Shown: positions 17,104 to 25,679 of the stretch, in pieces | Position numbering within the stretch: position 1 is the stretch's first letter | How the letters are laid out: the number at the start of each line of letters is the position of its first letter | DNA from: a virus | Taxonomy: Duplodnaviria > Caudoviricetes | Virus record (IMG/VR): IMGVR_UViG_3300037408_000472 | Location: 1 to 46,482 of that record | Strand: one strand, 5' to 3' | Length of the DNA: 46,482 bases | Notes under the pieces: generated by a model | Told to the model about the DNA's origin: nothing | Seen by the model: the letters and a program-made list of their open reading frames with translations, nothing else | The model's database searches: none | Position numbers and translations under genes: made by a program

Positions 17104-17736
17104 TCATGCGGTAGGGTAATAATTACGGTCCCAGTCTTTGCCGATAGGTAAAGCGGTTTGCGGGTGGTCGCCGGCGATTGCTGCGACAACGTCGCGCAGC
17201 ATGTGGTCGTATCGGCTGATGCCGCTGCCGTCGATGCTGTCGGCCAATCCATGCCAGTTAGCGACGCGCTTTGGTTCGTTCACACGCCCAACGTGCACCC
17301 ATTTGTCGAGCATTTTTGCGCAGCGCGCGGCGGCGATGGCCTCGGGCGCAATCTTGAATGCGTCCGATCCACCGATGAACACCGCTTCAATCTTGCTCCA
17401 CGGGATCTCGACATCTCCGATGCCATCCTGTAATACCAAAGCCCGCGGAAGTCCGTTTGTCCGTCGCTCGAAATGGGTAAACAGATCCATCGTGCGCCGC
17501 GCGCTGCCGACGATGTCAGGCAGACAGACGAACACCGGCCGATTCGTCTCAGCCTCTTCCAGCAAACGATACCAGTCGTTTTTGAGCTCGCCGCCAAAGC
17601 AACCGTTGTCCAAACCGTAGGGCACTCCAGCGAGCGCATACCGGGTCAGCGGGGTTCGCAGTTGCCAGAAATCGACGCCGAATCGTTCGGTACGGTCAGC
17701 AATCCCGGCTGGTGAGAGGTCAAGCATGATTTTCAT
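17104..17736 (-). CDS. TGT/DpdA-like TIM-barrel protein
   Basis: LDNGCF, LPDIVG, VLQDG, FIGGS, WVHVGRVN and DSIDGSG motifs. Confidence 0.55.
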   Translation of the reverse strand: MKIMLDLSPAGIADRTERFGVDFWQLRTPLTRYALAGVPYGLDNGCFGGELKNDWYRLLEEAETNRPVFVCLPDIVGSARRTMDLFTHFERRTNGLPRALVLQDGIGDVEIPWSKIEAVFIGGSDAFKIAPEAIAAARCAKMLDKWVHVGRVNEPKRVANWHGLADSIDGSGISRYDHMLRDVVAAIAGDHPQTALPIGKDWDRNYYPTA

Positions 17737-17930
17737 TTCAGATCGTCCACCAGGCGCTTGCGCTGCGCACGGCGGGCCTGAAAGCCGTCGATCAGGCGCT
17801 GTAGCGCGTTTTCCTCCTCCGGGATCGCGATCCACATCTCGCCATTGCGCTCGATGATGGCGGCGCCGATGTGCGCGGCCATCTCGACCACCAGCACCCA
17901 CGGCATCCGCTCGTCGATCTTCCAGGTCAT
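17733..17930 (-). CDS. Hypothetical protein (65 aa)
   Basis: Coupled start/stop with both neighbours. Confidence 0.55.
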   Translation of the reverse strand: MTWKIDERMPWVLVVEMAAHIGAAIIERNGEMWIAIPEEENALQRLIDGFQARRAQRKRLVDDLK

Positions 17931-18271
17931 TGGCGTTTCCTCATCGGATGTGTGGCGATCAGTCGCAGCACGCCGGTCTTCTCACCGGGCTTCCATGTGC
18001 CCCATTCAAGATCCTGCTGGATCTCTTCCCACAGCCCGCCATGCATCAAGCAAAAGCAGTCCCGGACTGTGAACAGATCGCGCACGGCCAAGCAATCAAC
18101 GCAGGTTCGAAACGTGGTCGGTACGTCTTCCCACTTCGCCCAGAGATGTTCGTATCGGTCGCCCGCCGCGATTACCTGACCGCATTCGTCGCAGCGGTAG
18201 GGCTTGCGCGCGATGGGTCGTCTTGCGTGATAGAACTCCGGCAGTTCGTAGGCGCAGAAACACTCGCTCAT
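17927..18271 (-). CDS. Cys-rich zinc-binding phage protein
   Basis: ARKPYRCDECG...TCVDC. Confidence 0.65.
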   Translation of the reverse strand: MSECFCAYELPEFYHARRPIARKPYRCDECGQVIAAGDRYEHLWAKWEDVPTTFRTCVDCLAVRDLFTVRDCFCLMHGGLWEEIQQDLEWGTWKPGEKTGVLRLIATHPMRKRQ

Positions 18272-18378
18272 CGCCGCTTCCTCCGCTGAATCCATTCGGC
18301 CGAGGCCGCACCCAGGGCCAGCGGCCCAAGAATCCCGAGCAGCCAGACGAGCATGAGAAAGAGATCGTCGAGGGGCAT
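18268..18378 (-). CDS. Small membrane peptide (36 aa)
   Basis: MPLDDLFLMLVWLLGILGPLALGAASAEWIQRRKRR exactly fills the gap, with coupled overlaps. Confidence 0.5.
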   Translation of the reverse strand: MPLDDLFLMLVWLLGILGPLALGAASAEWIQRRKRR

Positions 18379-18596
18379 CAGTGCATCCTCCGCAGGTCTT
18401 CCCGGTCGGTCTCGGTCAGTGCGTGCTGGGCCAGCCACTCGCGCTCGGCGGACTCCATCAGCTCCAGCTCGTCGAGCAGGCGGGCGATGATTCGTTCCCC
18501 GGCCTCCCAGTTGGCGCGTCGTCCGCGCTGCCAGCCGAGCCAGTAGGCGCAGCCCGCGAGGGCGGCGGCCAGCGCGCTCAGGAGGGCGGCGGTCAT
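18378..18596 (-). CDS. Small membrane-anchored protein
   Basis: Hydrophobic N-terminus; coupled overlaps. Confidence 0.55.
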   Translation of the reverse strand: MTAALLSALAAALAGCAYWLGWQRGRRANWEAGERIIARLLDELELMESAEREWLAQHALTETDREDLRRMH

Positions 18597-18880
18597 AGCG
18601 GCGGCTCCTCGTGCTCGCGCCGGGTCTCGCGCCGGTTGATCGCGGTCTCTTCGTGCTCGCCGGCGATGGCCTGCAGGAGATCCAGATCGCCGATCAGCGC
18701 GACCTGGGCGCGGAAGTCTTCCTGCGAGCCCACGTCGAGGGCGTGGACCAAACGTTGGATGCCGTAAAGCCGCTCGGCGATGTCGTGCCAGTAGCTCGCG
18801 GCGTAGTAGGGGGAGATCCGCCGGTGCGCGTCACCCCAGCCCCATTGGATCGCCGCGCACACCTGCTCGGGGGTAATCAC
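18593..18880 (-). CDS. Hypothetical protein
   Basis: GTG start overlapping the upstream stop (VITPEQVCAAIQWG...). Confidence 0.5.
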   Translation of the reverse strand: MITPEQVCAAIQWGWGDAHRRISPYYAASYWHDIAERLYGIQRLVHALDVGSQEDFRAQVALIGDLDLLQAIAGEHEETAINRRETRREHEEPPL

Positions 18881-19170
18881 CGCGCCCCTCCGCCCATCAG
18901 CTCGGCCTCGGCACGGACGCGGGCGTTGTGGTCGGCCGCCCCGGCGGGGCCGAGCAAGAGGGCGAAGAGCCAGCCGAGCACGCCAGCCAGGATCCCGAGG
19001 CCGCCGAGGGCCGAGACGATCACGATGAGCGTGAGCACCGTGCCGCCGAGCGGGCTGCCGTAGATCGACCCCAGGGGGCCGAAGAGCAGGGCCAGGACGA
19101 AGGCGACGCCGACGGACTTCTGGCGCGAGGCGATGTAGCGGGTAACGGCTGGGTTGGTCTGTGCGTTCAT
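18877..19170 (-). CDS. Membrane protein (TM2-like)
   Basis: AAGGAG RBS; KSVGVAFVLALLFGPLGSIY motif; several hydrophobic segments. Confidence 0.65.
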   Translation of the reverse strand: MNAQTNPAVTRYIASRQKSVGVAFVLALLFGPLGSIYGSPLGGTVLTLIVIVSALGGLGILAGVLGWLFALLLGPAGAADHNARVRAEAELMGGGAR

Positions 19171-19742
19171 GTCGGTCTCCTTCGGTCTGGGTTGCTGATT
19201 CGCGCCATCGCGGCAAGCCAGAGCTTCACCAGCTCCTGCTCGCCGTAGCGCGGTGGGGGCCGGTCCTTCCACGCGGCCTCGCTGGCCGTGGGGGTGCGTG
19301 GGATCGCGCGCTTGGGAACCTCGGTGATCAGCGGGTCGTACCACTGATGCTGTCCGTTCGGCAGCGTCCTCCTCGCCATGCCGTGGAACTTCGCGCGGTT
19401 GTCGATGGATTGCTCGCTGCGGCCGATCAGCGGGGCGACTTGCTGCATGGTCATACCGGAGCGCAGCAAGCGGAGCAGGCGGCGGTCGTCGTCGTCGCTC
19501 CACGGCTTGCGGCCGTTGGCGGCGTTGCGGTCGGCCTTGGGAAGCGGCGCGGCAGTGCCATACGGGGCGCCACGGCGGCGGGTGCCGGTGATCTGCAACA
19601 CGTAAGCGCGACGCTTGCAGGCGTGGATCGAGCGGCCGATGCGCTCGCTGATCTCCTCCTGGCGCAGCCGCGACGGCCAGAGCTCGCGCAGGAGGTCGTC
19701 CTCGGCGCGGGTCCAGGAGTCTGGGCGGGGTTGCTGGCTCAC
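19167..19742 (-). CDS. Tandem Myb/HTH-like DNA-binding protein
   Basis: WTRAEDDLLRELW...ISERIGRS and WSDDDDRRLLRLL...VAPLIGRS. Confidence 0.65.
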   Translation of the reverse strand: MSQQPRPDSWTRAEDDLLRELWPSRLRQEEISERIGRSIHACKRRAYVLQITGTRRRGAPYGTAAPLPKADRNAANGRKPWSDDDDRRLLRLLRSGMTMQQVAPLIGRSEQSIDNRAKFHGMARRTLPNGQHQWYDPLITEVPKRAIPRTPTASEAAWKDRPPPRYGEQELVKLWLAAMARISNPDRRRPT

Positions 19743-20824
19743 GCGGCCTCCTCGGCCGTGGCGACGGCGATCAGTTGGCGGCTCTGGCTCTTGGCCATGT
19801 AGCCGGCGACGAGCGCGGCGGTGTCCTTCCCGAGCCGCTTCTCGACCTGGGCCGGGGACACCAAAGTCATGACTTCACCGAGATCCACACCGGCCTCTTG
19901 CAGCGCCTGCGCGGCGGCCGGCTCGTCGGACCAACTGCGCGCACCGCCGCGGGTACGCACGGCCCAGCCGGGCACCTCGCCGCCAGCCTCCAGGATCTGC
20001 ATGGCGCGGGCTTTCAAGGCGCCAACGTAGCTGTCCACGATCGCGGCCAGCGGTGCGACACGGGTGAGCGTCTCGCCGAGATCCTGCGGGCTCAGCGCTG
20101 TGGCGTAGTCCTGTGGACTTAGGGTGCGCGCACCGATCACAGCGAGCGCCTGGTGCGGCGAATCGGCCAGCGGCGGGCACTGCTCGCGCCGGGCGCAGTA
20201 GGCGCAGTAGGCACCGGGTGACAGCTCGGCCTCGCTCGGCGCGTGGGCGTTGAGCACGATCACCTTTATGCGGCTGCGCAGCGCCGGGATCTGGCCGCGG
20301 GTCCAGTAGGCGTAGGTCACGCCTTCGAGATCGCACTCGATCAGGTAGGCGTGGATTTCATCCACCTCAGGGTGCTCGGCAAACACACCGAGCGCATAGG
20401 CGCGGACTTGCTGGTTGTCCTTCGCCGGCGCACGCTCGCCGCGGCCGGTCTTGAGCTCCACCAGCACGGCCTCGCCGGTGAGCTCGTCCACGCCGAGCAC
20501 GTCGGCGTAACCCCAGCAATCGGTGATCCCGGTATCGAGCCGTGGCTCGCCGCTCCAGACCATGCCGGGATACTCGCGGCTCAGCGCCGCGAGCTGCGCC
20601 ATGCCGCAGCGGATCGCGTCCTGATCGGCATGGTCGGCACCCGCGAGCGGGTCTTCGCCGTCCACCATGAAGGCCGCGAGGCGCTCGCCGATGGTGGTGC
20701 CGCGGTGCGCCAGCTCGCCAACCTCGCCGTCACCCTGCCAGCCGGGGCAGTGCGCGAGGTAGGCCAAGCGGCTGGGGCTATAGAGCGCGTGCGGGCGCTC
20801 GGCCAGGGTCGTCTGCTCGCTCAT
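19739..20824 (-). CDS. PD-(D/E)XK exonuclease (DUF2800/Cas4-like)
   Basis: SPSRL..CPG, WGYADV, ELKTG, QVRAYALG, PGAYCAYC...C. Confidence 0.85.
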   Translation of the reverse strand: MSEQTTLAERPHALYSPSRLAYLAHCPGWQGDGEVGELAHRGTTIGERLAAFMVDGEDPLAGADHADQDAIRCGMAQLAALSREYPGMVWSGEPRLDTGITDCWGYADVLGVDELTGEAVLVELKTGRGERAPAKDNQQVRAYALGVFAEHPEVDEIHAYLIECDLEGVTYAYWTRGQIPALRSRIKVIVLNAHAPSEAELSPGAYCAYCARREQCPPLADSPHQALAVIGARTLSPQDYATALSPQDLGETLTRVAPLAAIVDSYVGALKARAMQILEAGGEVPGWAVRTRGGARSWSDEPAAAQALQEAGVDLGEVMTLVSPAQVEKRLGKDTAALVAGYMAKSQSRQLIAVATAEEAA

Positions 20825-21567
20825 GCCAGATCCTCCGCAGGCGCCGGCGCCAGCTCGGTGAGCATGGCGATCACGTCGAGGCGCGACTCAGGCGGCACCT
20901 GGTCGGCGGTTGCGTAGTTGAGGTCCATGAGCGCGTTGAGCACGGTATGCCGTCCGACCCGCTTGGCGGCGGCGCGCACAGCGGCGCGCACGTCCTCGAC
21001 GGTGGGTGGCTCGGGGTTGGCCGCGGGAGGCGCAGGCGCCGGCTCTGGCGCGTCCACGCGCTCGGCCGGTCCCATGGCGCGCTCGGTGGGGGCAGGCATG
21101 TCCTGGACTTCCTCCGGCGTGTAGGTGCCGCAGACGACGGCCGGGTAGACGGTCCGCACGCCTTCCGAGATCAGCCGGGCGCGCAGCATGGCGCGGGGGA
21201 ATTGCTGCCACGGCCCCGGCTTGCCGGTCAGTCCTGCGGCCTTCGCGTCCTGGATCGTCCAGGCGATGCGCAGACTTCCGCCGGCCGGGTGGCTGAACGT
21301 GGCCTCGCACTTGTCGGCGGTATAGGCGTGCCACTCGACCCGACCGCCGGCCTCTTGGAAGCGCGCAAGGATGGCGTCGGCCTTGAGCGTCGGCCGGCCC
21401 TGGATCACGTGGTAATCGCGCGCGGCGATCGCCGGGTGCCGGCCTTCGGCCTGGGCGACCAGCATGAGCGCGATCGCTTGCTCGGGTTTGGTGACGCCGA
21501 AGAGGCCGGAGCGGGCGATGGCGTTACCCATGCGCTCGATGTCGGCGACGGGGATGAGTTCGTTCAT
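20821..21567 (-). CDS. ssDNA-annealing recombinase (RecT-like)
   Basis: YHVIQGRPTLKAD, WQQFPRAMLRAR, GTYTPEEV; paired with the exonuclease. Confidence 0.78.
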   Translation of the reverse strand: MNELIPVADIERMGNAIARSGLFGVTKPEQAIALMLVAQAEGRHPAIAARDYHVIQGRPTLKADAILARFQEAGGRVEWHAYTADKCEATFSHPAGGSLRIAWTIQDAKAAGLTGKPGPWQQFPRAMLRARLISEGVRTVYPAVVCGTYTPEEVQDMPAPTERAMGPAERVDAPEPAPAPPAANPEPPTVEDVRAAVRAAAKRVGRHTVLNALMDLNYATADQVPPESRLDVIAMLTELAPAPAEDLA

Positions 21568-21788
21568 TCGCAATCTCCTTCTCTAAGTTCGTGCTGGGCC
21601 TGGTTTTCAATCGTGTGCGTCACTCGCAGCCAGTCGCTGTAGTCGTGCAAGCGCTTTACGAAGTCGTCCACACTCAGCGCGCCAAGCTCTGCAAGCTTCG
21701 CCTGCCAGCGCTCGTCGTCGTCCTCAGCCTTTGCCTGGTAGGCGTCGGCCTGGGCCTCGCCGGCGCGGAGGAAGTCGGGTGTGCTCAT
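21564..21788 (-). CDS. Hypothetical protein, first gene of the left operon
   Basis: GGGGA RBS downstream of PL. Confidence 0.6.
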   Translation of the reverse strand: MSTPDFLRAGEAQADAYQAKAEDDDERWQAKLAELGALSVDDFVKRLHDYSDWLRVTHTIENQAQHELREGDCE

Positions 21789-21828
21789 GGTGTCCCCCTA
21801 TTGCTGGCCGACTGGCTGCCGGCTCGGG

Positions 21829-21875
21829 AAACACTATAGTGCTATCCGCGGGCGAGCGCAAGCACCAAAATGCTA
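21829..21875 (-). promoter_or_regulatory. PL promoter with two operators
   Basis: TTGCGC-17-TATAGT on the minus strand; TAGCAC-N4-GTGCTA-like dyads at 21829-21844 and 21860-21875. Confidence 0.7.
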
Positions 21876-21886
21876 GGCGGTTCGGA

Positions 21887-22252
21887 TCAGTCGGAGGGCT
21901 TGCGGGCGCTGGCGTAGCGCATTTCGGCGTCGGCTACGGCGTCGAGGGTACGCTGGCCGTTGGGCTCGATGTGCAGGTAGGTGTGGGTCAGTCGCTCAAG
22001 ACGCGCGAGGAGTTCGGCGTCGGTGGGCAGCTCGGGCAGCAACAGCACCCAAGCGGGCAGGCGCAGGGCGTTGGCGATCGCGACCAGGGTCTCAACGGTC
22101 GGGCTCTTGCCGTCCTCGCGCTCAACGTAGGAGATCGCGGTCTGTGCAATCCCGGCGCGACGGGCCAAATCCGTTTGCGTCCAATCGTGGCGGTCGCGCA
22201 GCTTGCGGACGTTGCGAGCCAGCGCGGCGCGGGTGTTGCCATCCATGAACAT
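21887..22252 (-). CDS. XRE-family phage repressor (CI-like, no S24 peptidase domain)
   Basis: NVRKLRDRHDWTQTDLARRAGIAQTAISYVER HTH; divergent from the Cro-like gene. Confidence 0.85.
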   Translation of the reverse strand: MFMDGNTRAALARNVRKLRDRHDWTQTDLARRAGIAQTAISYVEREDGKSPTVETLVAIANALRLPAWVLLLPELPTDAELLARLERLTHTYLHIEPNGQRTLDAVADAEMRYASARKPSD

Positions 22253-22269
22253 AGGGTGCCTCACGCTGT

Positions 22270-22312
22270 TAGCACTTGCGTGCTTTCAGCTATAGCACAA
22301 AGGTGCTATGCT
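22270..22312 (+). promoter_or_regulatory. OR operators and PR promoter
   Basis: TAGCAC-TTGC-GTGCTT (22270-22285) and TAGCAC-AAAG-GTGCTA (22293-22308); TTTCAG-17-TATGCT with extended TG. Confidence 0.7.
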
Positions 22313-22318
22313 TGCGCC

Positions 22319-22540
22319 ATGCAAACCGTTGACATCACCACCATGGCCGACATCGAAACCCTTCGCGCACGGGTGCGGAGCTGCCGCGGGCGCTACGCCG
22401 AGCTGGCCGAGCGCGCCGAGGTGTCGCAAAGCTGGCTGAGCAAGTTCGGCCGGGGCGCCTACACCGCGCCTAGGGTTGATACCGCGTGGCGGCTGATCGC
22501 CGCCCTAGACGAGATCGAAGGCGCCAACCGCGCCGCATGA
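22319..22540 (+). CDS. Cro-like HTH regulator
   Basis: YAELAERAEVSQSWLSKFGRG..PRVDT; divergent from the repressor. Confidence 0.8.
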   Translation: MQTVDITTMADIETLRARVRSCRGRYAELAERAEVSQSWLSKFGRGAYTAPRVDTAWRLIAALDEIEGANRAA

Positions 22541-22620
22541 TTCCCCACCCCGGCGCCCCTGCCACGTGTCCCCCACCTTCCGCGCGCCGGGGCTTTCTGT
22601 TCACGCTCCTCGGGTGTTGC

Positions 22621-22651
22621 GCCGGCCTGTCACACGGCCGGCGGTCTTTTT
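22621..22651 (+). terminator. Putative intrinsic terminator (tR1-like)
   Basis: GCCGGCC-TGTCACAC-GGCCGGC hairpin followed by GGTCTTTTT. Confidence 0.5.
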
Positions 22652-22745
22652 GATGCGCGAGGGGATCAGTTTCGAAGGCGCCGGCGCGGGCACTGGCATG
22701 CCCGCGGCTCGGCTATCACCCACGGCTAGTAAGAGGTAGCCATCG

Positions 22746-24155
22746 ATGACGCAGGCAATCGTATCAGACTACGGCCAATTTCTGGCCGGCAAGCTCCGGG
22801 CACATCAGGCGCATGGCGTCCCGTCGGAGGCGGTGACCACCGAGGCGCTGTTCCCGCACCAGGTCGCGATCACCCAATGGGCGGCCCGCAAAGGACGTGC
22901 CGCGATCTTCGCCGACACGGGTCTTGGCAAGACGCGCATGCAACTGCGCTGGGCGCAGGCGATCCACCGGGAAACCGGCGCCGACGTACTGATCCTCGCC
23001 CCGCTCGCGGTGGCGCAGCAGACCGCCGCCGAGGGCGCAACGATCGGTGTGCCGGTCACCCACGCCCGTGACCGCTCCGAGGTTACGCCGGGCATCACCA
23101 TCACCAACTATGACCGGCTGCACCGCTTCGACGCTGAGCGCTTCGGGGCGATCGTTCTGGATGAGTCCAGCATCATCAAGCATCACGACGCCAAGACCCT
23201 GGCGCTGCTGATCGAGACCTTTCACGCCACGCCGTATCGGCTGTGCGCGACCGCGACCCCGGCGCCCAACGACTGGACCGAGCTCGGCACCCATGCCGAG
23301 TTCCTTGGGATCTGCTCGCGCCAGGAGATGCTGTCCGAGTTCTTCGTTCACGACGGCGGCAAGACCCAGGATTGGCGCCTCAAGGGCCACGCCCGCGCGG
23401 AGTTCTGGCGTTGGGTGGCGAGCTGGGGCGCGATGCTGCGCTCGCCGGCCGATCTCGGGTTCGACGACGCGGCCTACCGGCTGCCGCCGTTGGAGGTGGA
23501 GCAGATCACGGTCGAATCCGACGCCGCCGTGGCGGCCGGCGAACTGTTTGCACGCGAGGCGCAGACCCTGTCCGAGCGCCGCCAGGCGCGCCGCGATTCG
23601 ATGCGCCATCGGGTCGCCGCCTGCGCGGACCTCGCCAACAGCATCCGCGAGCCGTGGGTGGTGTGGTGTGAGCTCAACGCCGAAGGCGAAGCCCTGCGCA
23701 CGGCGATCCCAGACGCGGTCGAGATCCGCGGCGCTGACACCCCGGAGCACAAAGAGCAGGCCCTGGCCGACTTCGCCGCCGGGCGTATCCGGGTGCTGAT
23801 CACCAAGCCCTCGATCGCCGGGTTCGGGCTCAACTGGCAGCACTGCCGACGCATCGGCTTCGTCGGCGTCACCGATAGCTGGGAGGCGTACTACCAGGCG
23901 ATCCGCCGCTGTTGGCGCTTCGGTCAGACGCAGCCGGTGCATGCCTATTTGTTCGTCTCCGACCAGGAGGGCGCGGTGCGCGCCAATCTGGAGCGCAAGG
24001 AGCGCGACGCCGAACGCCTGTTCGCCGAGCTCAGCGCTGAGACGGCCGCGGCGGTGCGCGATGAGGTGCTCGGCCAGGTGCGCCAAAGCAACCCTTATCA
24101 GCCTGGGGCGCCGTTGCGCCTACCGACCTTCCTCACCCCGCGGAGGGCCGCCTAA
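22746..24155 (+). CDS. SF2 (SNF2-like) helicase
   Basis: DTGLGKT, VLDESS, TATPAPND, GFGLNWQ and QAIRRCWRFGQ motifs. Confidence 0.9.
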   Translation: MTQAIVSDYGQFLAGKLRAHQAHGVPSEAVTTEALFPHQVAITQWAARKGRAAIFADTGLGKTRMQLRWAQAIHRETGADVLILAPLAVAQQTAAEGATIGVPVTHARDRSEVTPGITITNYDRLHRFDAERFGAIVLDESSIIKHHDAKTLALLIETFHATPYRLCATATPAPNDWTELGTHAEFLGICSRQEMLSEFFVHDGGKTQDWRLKGHARAEFWRWVASWGAMLRSPADLGFDDAAYRLPPLEVEQITVESDAAVAAGELFAREAQTLSERRQARRDSMRHRVAACADLANSIREPWVVWCELNAEGEALRTAIPDAVEIRGADTPEHKEQALADFAAGRIRVLITKPSIAGFGLNWQHCRRIGFVGVTDSWEAYYQAIRRCWRFGQTQPVHAYLFVSDQEGAVRANLERKERDAERLFAELSAETAAAVRDEVLGQVRQSNPYQPGAPLRLPTFLTPRRAA

Positions 24156-25048
24156 TGAGCGTCATCGATCAAGCCCACGGCGGCAACTGGTCCCTGTATC
24201 ACGGCGACTGCATCGAGGTGCTGGCGCAACTGCCCGCGCAGTCGGTCGGCTATTCGATCTTTTCTCCGCCATTCGCTAGCCTCTACACCTACAGCAACAG
24301 CCCGCGCGACCTCGGCAACGTGCGCTCGGATGCGGAGTTTTTCGCCCACTTCGCCTACGTCGTGCGCGAGCTGCGCCGGGTGCTGATGCCGGGGCGGGAT
24401 GTCAGCTTCCACTGCATGCTGATGCCGACCAGCAAGGCCCGCGACGGGCACATCGGCCTGCGCGACTTCCGCGGCGACCTGATTCGCGCCTTCGAGGCGG
24501 AGGGGTTCATCTACCACTCGGAGGTGTGCATCTGGAAAGATCCCGTCACCAGCATGCAGCGCACCAAGGCGCTCGGGTTGCTGCATAAGACTGTTCGCGG
24601 CAATGCCAGCATGAGCCGCCAGGGGATTCCGGATTACCTGGTCACCGTGCGCGCACCCGGCGAGCCCGCCGAGCGCGTGACCCACGACGCCAAGGATTAC
24701 CCGGTCGAGAAATGGCAGCGCATCGCCTCGCCGGTCTGGATGGACATCGATCCCGGCGACACCCTGCAATACCGCAGCGCGCGCGAACACGACGACGAGC
24801 GCCACATCTGCCCGTTGCAGTTGGAGGTCATTCGCCGCGGGATTGAGCTGTGGACGAATCCCGGTGATATCGTGCTCTCACCCTTCGCCGGCATCGGCTC
24901 GGAGGGTTATGTGGCGGTCGAGCTGGATCGCCGCTACATCGGCATCGAGCTCAAGGAGAGCTACTACCGCCAGGCCGTCGCTAACCTGACCCACCAAGGC
25001 AATCAGTCAGACCTGTTCGCCGTTGATTGCGCGTGCGGGGCCGGCTGA
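24155..25048 (+). CDS. DNA N4-C/N6-A methyltransferase (beta class)
   Basis: Catalytic SPPF precedes the SAM-binding SPFAGIGSEG; HICPLQ. Confidence 0.9.
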   Translation: MSVIDQAHGGNWSLYHGDCIEVLAQLPAQSVGYSIFSPPFASLYTYSNSPRDLGNVRSDAEFFAHFAYVVRELRRVLMPGRDVSFHCMLMPTSKARDGHIGLRDFRGDLIRAFEAEGFIYHSEVCIWKDPVTSMQRTKALGLLHKTVRGNASMSRQGIPDYLVTVRAPGEPAERVTHDAKDYPVEKWQRIASPVWMDIDPGDTLQYRSAREHDDERHICPLQLEVIRRGIELWTNPGDIVLSPFAGIGSEGYVAVELDRRYIGIELKESYYRQAVANLTHQGNQSDLFAVDCACGAG

Positions 25049-25269
25049 TGCAAACCCGCTGGCATAGCCTGGTGGAGAGCGTGACCAACGTAGCCATCGG
25101 CTATCTGGTCGCGCTCGGCTCGCAGCTCTTGGTGTTTCCGCTCTACGGGATCGAGGTGGACCTCGCGACCAATCTCGCGATTGGTGCATGGTTCACCGCC
25201 ATCAGCATCGCCCGGTCTTACCTCGTGCGGCGATGGTTCACTCGGCGGACGGAGGCGCAGCGCGTGTGA
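25048..25269 (+). CDS. Small two-TM phage protein
   Basis: MQTRWHSLVESVTNVAIGY...ISIARSYLVRRWF, a family often found next to phage methylases. Confidence 0.7.
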   Translation: MQTRWHSLVESVTNVAIGYLVALGSQLLVFPLYGIEVDLATNLAIGAWFTAISIARSYLVRRWFTRRTEAQRV

Positions 25270-25418
25270 AATCCTGTCCCATCTGGCAGGCTTGGGTTGA
25301 AGCCGGGCGCACAAAAAAAGAGCGCGCGGCACGGCTGGCGGAGGCGCCGAAACAATGGCGCAAGCGGATCGAGTCGCATGTGCGGCTGTGCTTTGAGCTG
25401 CGGCGCAGACAGAAGTGA
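25266..25418 (+). CDS. Hypothetical protein (50 aa)
   Basis: GTGA overlap; fills the gap. Confidence 0.45.
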   Translation: MKSCPIWQAWVEAGRTKKERAARLAEAPKQWRKRIESHVRLCFELRRRQK

Positions 25419-25445
25419 CACCCCGACAAGAGGAGAGCGACAACG

Positions 25446-25679
25446 ATGAAAAACCGACTTGAGGACCTGGCCAATCATCTCTTTCTGCAACTTGAGCGGC
25501 TCAACGACGACGAGCTCGACCAGGAAGCGCTGCGCGCCGAGATCGCCCGCGCGGGCGCGCTCACCGGAGTCGCGCGCGAGCTGATCGGCGTCGGCCGCTT
25601 GGCGGTGGACGCGCGCCGGGTGGCGGCTGAGCAGGGCGTCGCGCAACCACCCCTGCGCCTGCTGGGCCTCGATCAGTGA
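25446..25679 (+). CDS. Phage protein typically preceding HNH genes
   Basis: GAGGAG RBS; MKNRLEDLANHLFLQLERLNDDEL. Confidence 0.7.
   Translation: MKNRLEDLANHLFLQLERLNDDELDQEALRAEIARAGALTGVARELIGVGRLAVDARRVAAEQGVAQPPLRLLGLDQ

Noticed and set aside
19739-20824. Cas4 as part of a CRISPR system
   Set aside because: No cas1/cas2 or array; paired with a RecT-like gene as a normal phage recombination module
22541-22745. tRNA gene in the structured intergenic gap
   Set aside because: Hairpins are present but I see no cloverleaf with a proper T-arm and acceptor stem
22746-25048. Helicase plus methylase as a restriction-modification or defence system
   Set aside because: This pair is common in phage early operons; no restriction or specificity subunit is seen
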